Source of the DNA: Candidatus Multivoradales bacterium
GTDB taxonomy: Bacteria > Acidobacteriota > Thermoanaerobaculia > Multivoradales > JAHEKO01
NCBI GenBank assembly: GCA_965223155.1
Contig: CBDCVR010000015.1
Span: forward strand, 992,001-1,056,000
Direction of reading: 5' to 3'
Length of the DNA stretch: 64,000 nt
Shown here one piece after another: positions 61,946 to 64,000 of the stretch. The notes under the pieces are model-generated. The model worked only from the letters and a program-made list of their open reading frames with translations, had not been told where the DNA came from and did no database searches. The translations under genes were made by a program, and so were the position numbers. Position 1 is the stretch's first letter. The number at the start of each line of letters is the position of its first letter.

Positions 61946-61962
61946 CGGCCGAGGAACGCGAT

Positions 61963-63117
61963 ATGACTGCGACCAAGAAGTTCTTTTCAGGCAACAGCGT
62001 CGAGCAGGCGGTGCTCCAGGCCGCCCGCCATTTTCGGATCGAGCCCGAGGAGCTCGCCTACCGGCAGGTAGAGCGCAAGCATGGCTTCTTGCGGGCGCGC
62101 CGGCGGATCGTGATTGCCGTGGACGAGGCCCAGCCGGTTCTGGCTGCGGCACAGGAGGCGGCAAGCTCGTCACCGAGCGCTTCAGCCGCCGAGCCGGCGA
62201 CCGCCGAGAGCGCCGCCCCAGACGTCATTGCCATTGATATCACGACCGGCGAAGCCGACATCGGCGGGAGAAAGCAAGAGTTCCTGTCCGATGCTTCCGC
62301 CGAGGAAGCGCCTTCGAAGGAAGCCCCGGAGCCGCAGGGGCCGACGTCTGAGGAGCTCGTGTCCGAAGCGGCTGAAAATGACGGCGCGGACAGCGTGATG
62401 AGTCGGGACGTGGACTGGGATTGGAGCGCGGAGTCGGCCGCGGAGGAGGGTTCGGCGGAGTCGTCCTCTCGAGCGGAAGCCGAAAGCGAGGTCGTGAGGC
62501 AGGCCGAGCAAGCGGCGGAACCAGGAAGAACGCCATCGGAGCCAGCAGAGCCAGCAGAGCCAGCAGAGCGGGCGGAGCCGGTCGAGCCGGCGGGCCCTCG
62601 CGGCCGATCGGCAGCCGGAAGAGACGATATCGACGTCTGGGAGACGATTTCACGCCAGGATGCGGTCGAAGCGGCCGAAGAGGGCCTACGCCGCTTGCTC
62701 TGCCTGGGCGATCTGGAGCTCGCGGCCGAGATTCAGACCACGGCCGACGGCCTCGAGATCGAACTTTCTGGCGAGAGCGAAGATCTTCTCTTCGAGGATC
62801 GGGGCCGCTTGCTCCTGGCCATTCAGCACCTCCTGCCCCGGACGATTCGCGGCTTGACCGGCGTGTCGGTGTCCTGCCGGGTGGATTCGGACAACTTCCA
62901 TGAGATCCGGGCCGAGCAGCTTCGCGTGCTGGCCCAGGACGCCGCCGCCGAGGTCCGCCACGAACGCCGGACGCGGCTCTTGGAACCGATGTCTCCGGAC
63001 GAACGGCGCATCATCCACGTCACCCTCGCCGACGACCCCGCGGTCGAGACCGAGAGCCAGGGTAGCGGGCTCTTCAAGCGGGTCGCGATCCGGCCGCTCC
63101 GCCGTCTTCGGCGCTAA
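61963..63117 (+). CDS. jag: Jag/KhpB (EloR) RNA-binding protein
   Basis: Jag_N (GNSVEQAV), long acidic linker, KH-like segment, R3H motif ERRIIH. Confidence 0.85.
   Translation: MTATKKFFSGNSVEQAVLQAARHFRIEPEELAYRQVERKHGFLRARRRIVIAVDEAQPVLAAAQEAASSSPSASAAEPATAESAAPDVIAIDITTGEADIGGRKQEFLSDASAEEAPSKEAPEPQGPTSEELVSEAAENDGADSVMSRDVDWDWSAESAAEEGSAESSSRAEAESEVVRQAEQAAEPGRTPSEPAEPAEPAERAEPVEPAGPRGRSAAGRDDIDVWETISRQDAVEAAEEGLRRLLCLGDLELAAEIQTTADGLEIELSGESEDLLFEDRGRLLLAIQHLLPRTIRGLTGVSVSCRVDSDNFHEIRAEQLRVLAQDAAAEVRHERRTRLLEPMSPDERRIIHVTLADDPAVETESQGSGLFKRVAIRPLRRLRR
62534..62587. repeat. 9-bp tandem repeat (reverse complement of GCTCTGCTG), 6 units, in the jag linker
   Basis: catcggagc cagcagagc cagcagagc cagcagagc gggcggagc cggtcgagc; reads SEPAEPAEPAERAEPVEP. 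Confidence 0.85.
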
Positions 63118-63283
63118 CGCGGTCACAGGAGCCGGCGGACCTCACCGAAGAGGTCCCGGGAACCAGGCTTCCTTGGCGCAGTCGTACTGCTACGAGGAAT
63201 ATCCCCCGACGTGGTCGGGCGCGATCCGCCGCCCGTGCCGTTCGGACCCGCCCAGGATGGGCACCGGAGTGCGTCAAGGGCGA

Positions 63284-63299
63284 TGTTTCACGTGAAACA
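63284..63299. promoter_or_regulatory. parS: parS centromere-like site
   Basis: Perfect palindrome TGTTTCACGTGAAACA ~14 kb from oriC. Confidence 0.93.
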
Positions 63300-63379
63300 T
63301 TACGTGCCCACCGCCCGCGAAGGGTCTCTGCGCCAGGTGTATCCGTCCCGATGCCCAAGATGCCCAATAGAATGGCGGC

Positions 63380-64000
63380 ATGTTGGCGGCGCCCCGGAAC
63401 GCGATTGCATCCCAGGAGGCCCTTCAAGAAGGGCTGGAACGGGCGCTGGGAGTTCCGGTCGAGGCTGACGTTGCAGCCCGTCTCTGGTGCCACTACCAGC
63501 TCTTGCTGCCCTGGTCGAGTCGCCATTCTCTAATCGGCCCGACCGAGGCGAATCGCTTGCTCGAAGACCACTACGCCGAGAGTTTGCGGGGTCTCGATCT
63601 TGTCCGCTCGGCGCGGCGGCTGCTGGACGTGGGCTCCGGGGCCGGATTTCCGGGTTGGGTCCTGGCTGCCGCGCTAGGAGACACCTGTGAGGTGTCCCTG
63701 GTGGAGTCTCGGTCCAAGAAAGCCGCCTTCTTGCGAACGGCCGCCGGCCGGGCACGATTGGCCTGCCGTGTTGTCAGTGCTAGAGTTTCGCGCCTTGAAC
63801 CTCCGCTAGGAATCGGAAGCGTTGACTTGGTGACCATGCGAGCCGTCCGCTGCGACCGGGATCTCTTGTCCGGCCTTGAACGCTGCCTGACCGAGGATGC
63901 GCGCATCGTGCGCTGGGAGGGGCCGGCCCAGCGCGAGAAGGCGATTGGGGGTTTCGCGCGCGGGGCCAGGGTCGATCTACCCCGCGGCCGGGGCCGGATT
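63380..64000 (+). CDS. rsmG: 16S rRNA m7G527 methyltransferase (3' end beyond window)
   Basis: Not in the ORF track; frame open from ATG 63380 to the window end; HYAES, LLDVGSGAGFPG, LVESRSKKAAFL, VTMRAV. Confidence 0.88.
   Translation, partial: MLAAPRNAIASQEALQEGLERALGVPVEADVAARLWCHYQLLLPWSSRHSLIGPTEANRLLEDHYAESLRGLDLVRSARRLLDVGSGAGFPGWVLAAALGDTCEVSLVESRSKKAAFLRTAAGRARLACRVVSARVSRLEPPLGIGSVDLVTMRAVRCDRDLLSGLERCLTEDARIVRWEGPAQREKAIGGFARGARVDLPRGRGRI

Noticed and set aside
63211-63468. ORF containing MFHVKH
   Set aside because: This is the translation of the parS palindrome; rsmG is in another frame starting at 63380.

Overview
High-GC bacterial chromosome segment spanning the replication origin. 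Gene content and protein style suggest Acidobacteriota, possibly Thermoanaerobaculia; this is inference, not a database result. Left to right: D-amino-acid oxidase (partial), small accessory genes, apaH, an SDR, Lhr helicase, an LPS-kinase/glycoside-hydrolase-like fusion, a FecR-protein-mreBCD-mrdA-rodA-rng operon, ppiD-ruvAB-lipid kinase-Fpg/Nei, a B12-type radical SAM gene divergent from a five-gene putative organoarsenic cluster, an M20 peptidase-CYTH-nucleotidyltransferase-HAD operon, dnaA-dnaN-recF-gyrB-gyrA with a bipartite oriC, a ~9.3 kb block separating dnaA from rpmH (6S-like ncRNA behind a sigma54-type promoter, mutY, recR/ybaB/dnaX, SRP RNA, tadA, two tRNA-Ser, a DUF433/PIN toxin-antitoxin pair), then rpmH-rnpA-yidD-yidC-jag, a perfect parS and rsmG (partial). 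The three most notable observations are: (1) one 9-bp tandem-repeat unit (GCTCYGCTG/GCTCCGATC) in at least seven unrelated genes, on both strands and in five of six reading frames; (2) the DUF2064-ArsM-radical SAM-phosphoesterase-flavoprotein cluster; (3) the structured RNA at the origin. All family assignments come from motif recognition by eye; no searches or folding programs were run.
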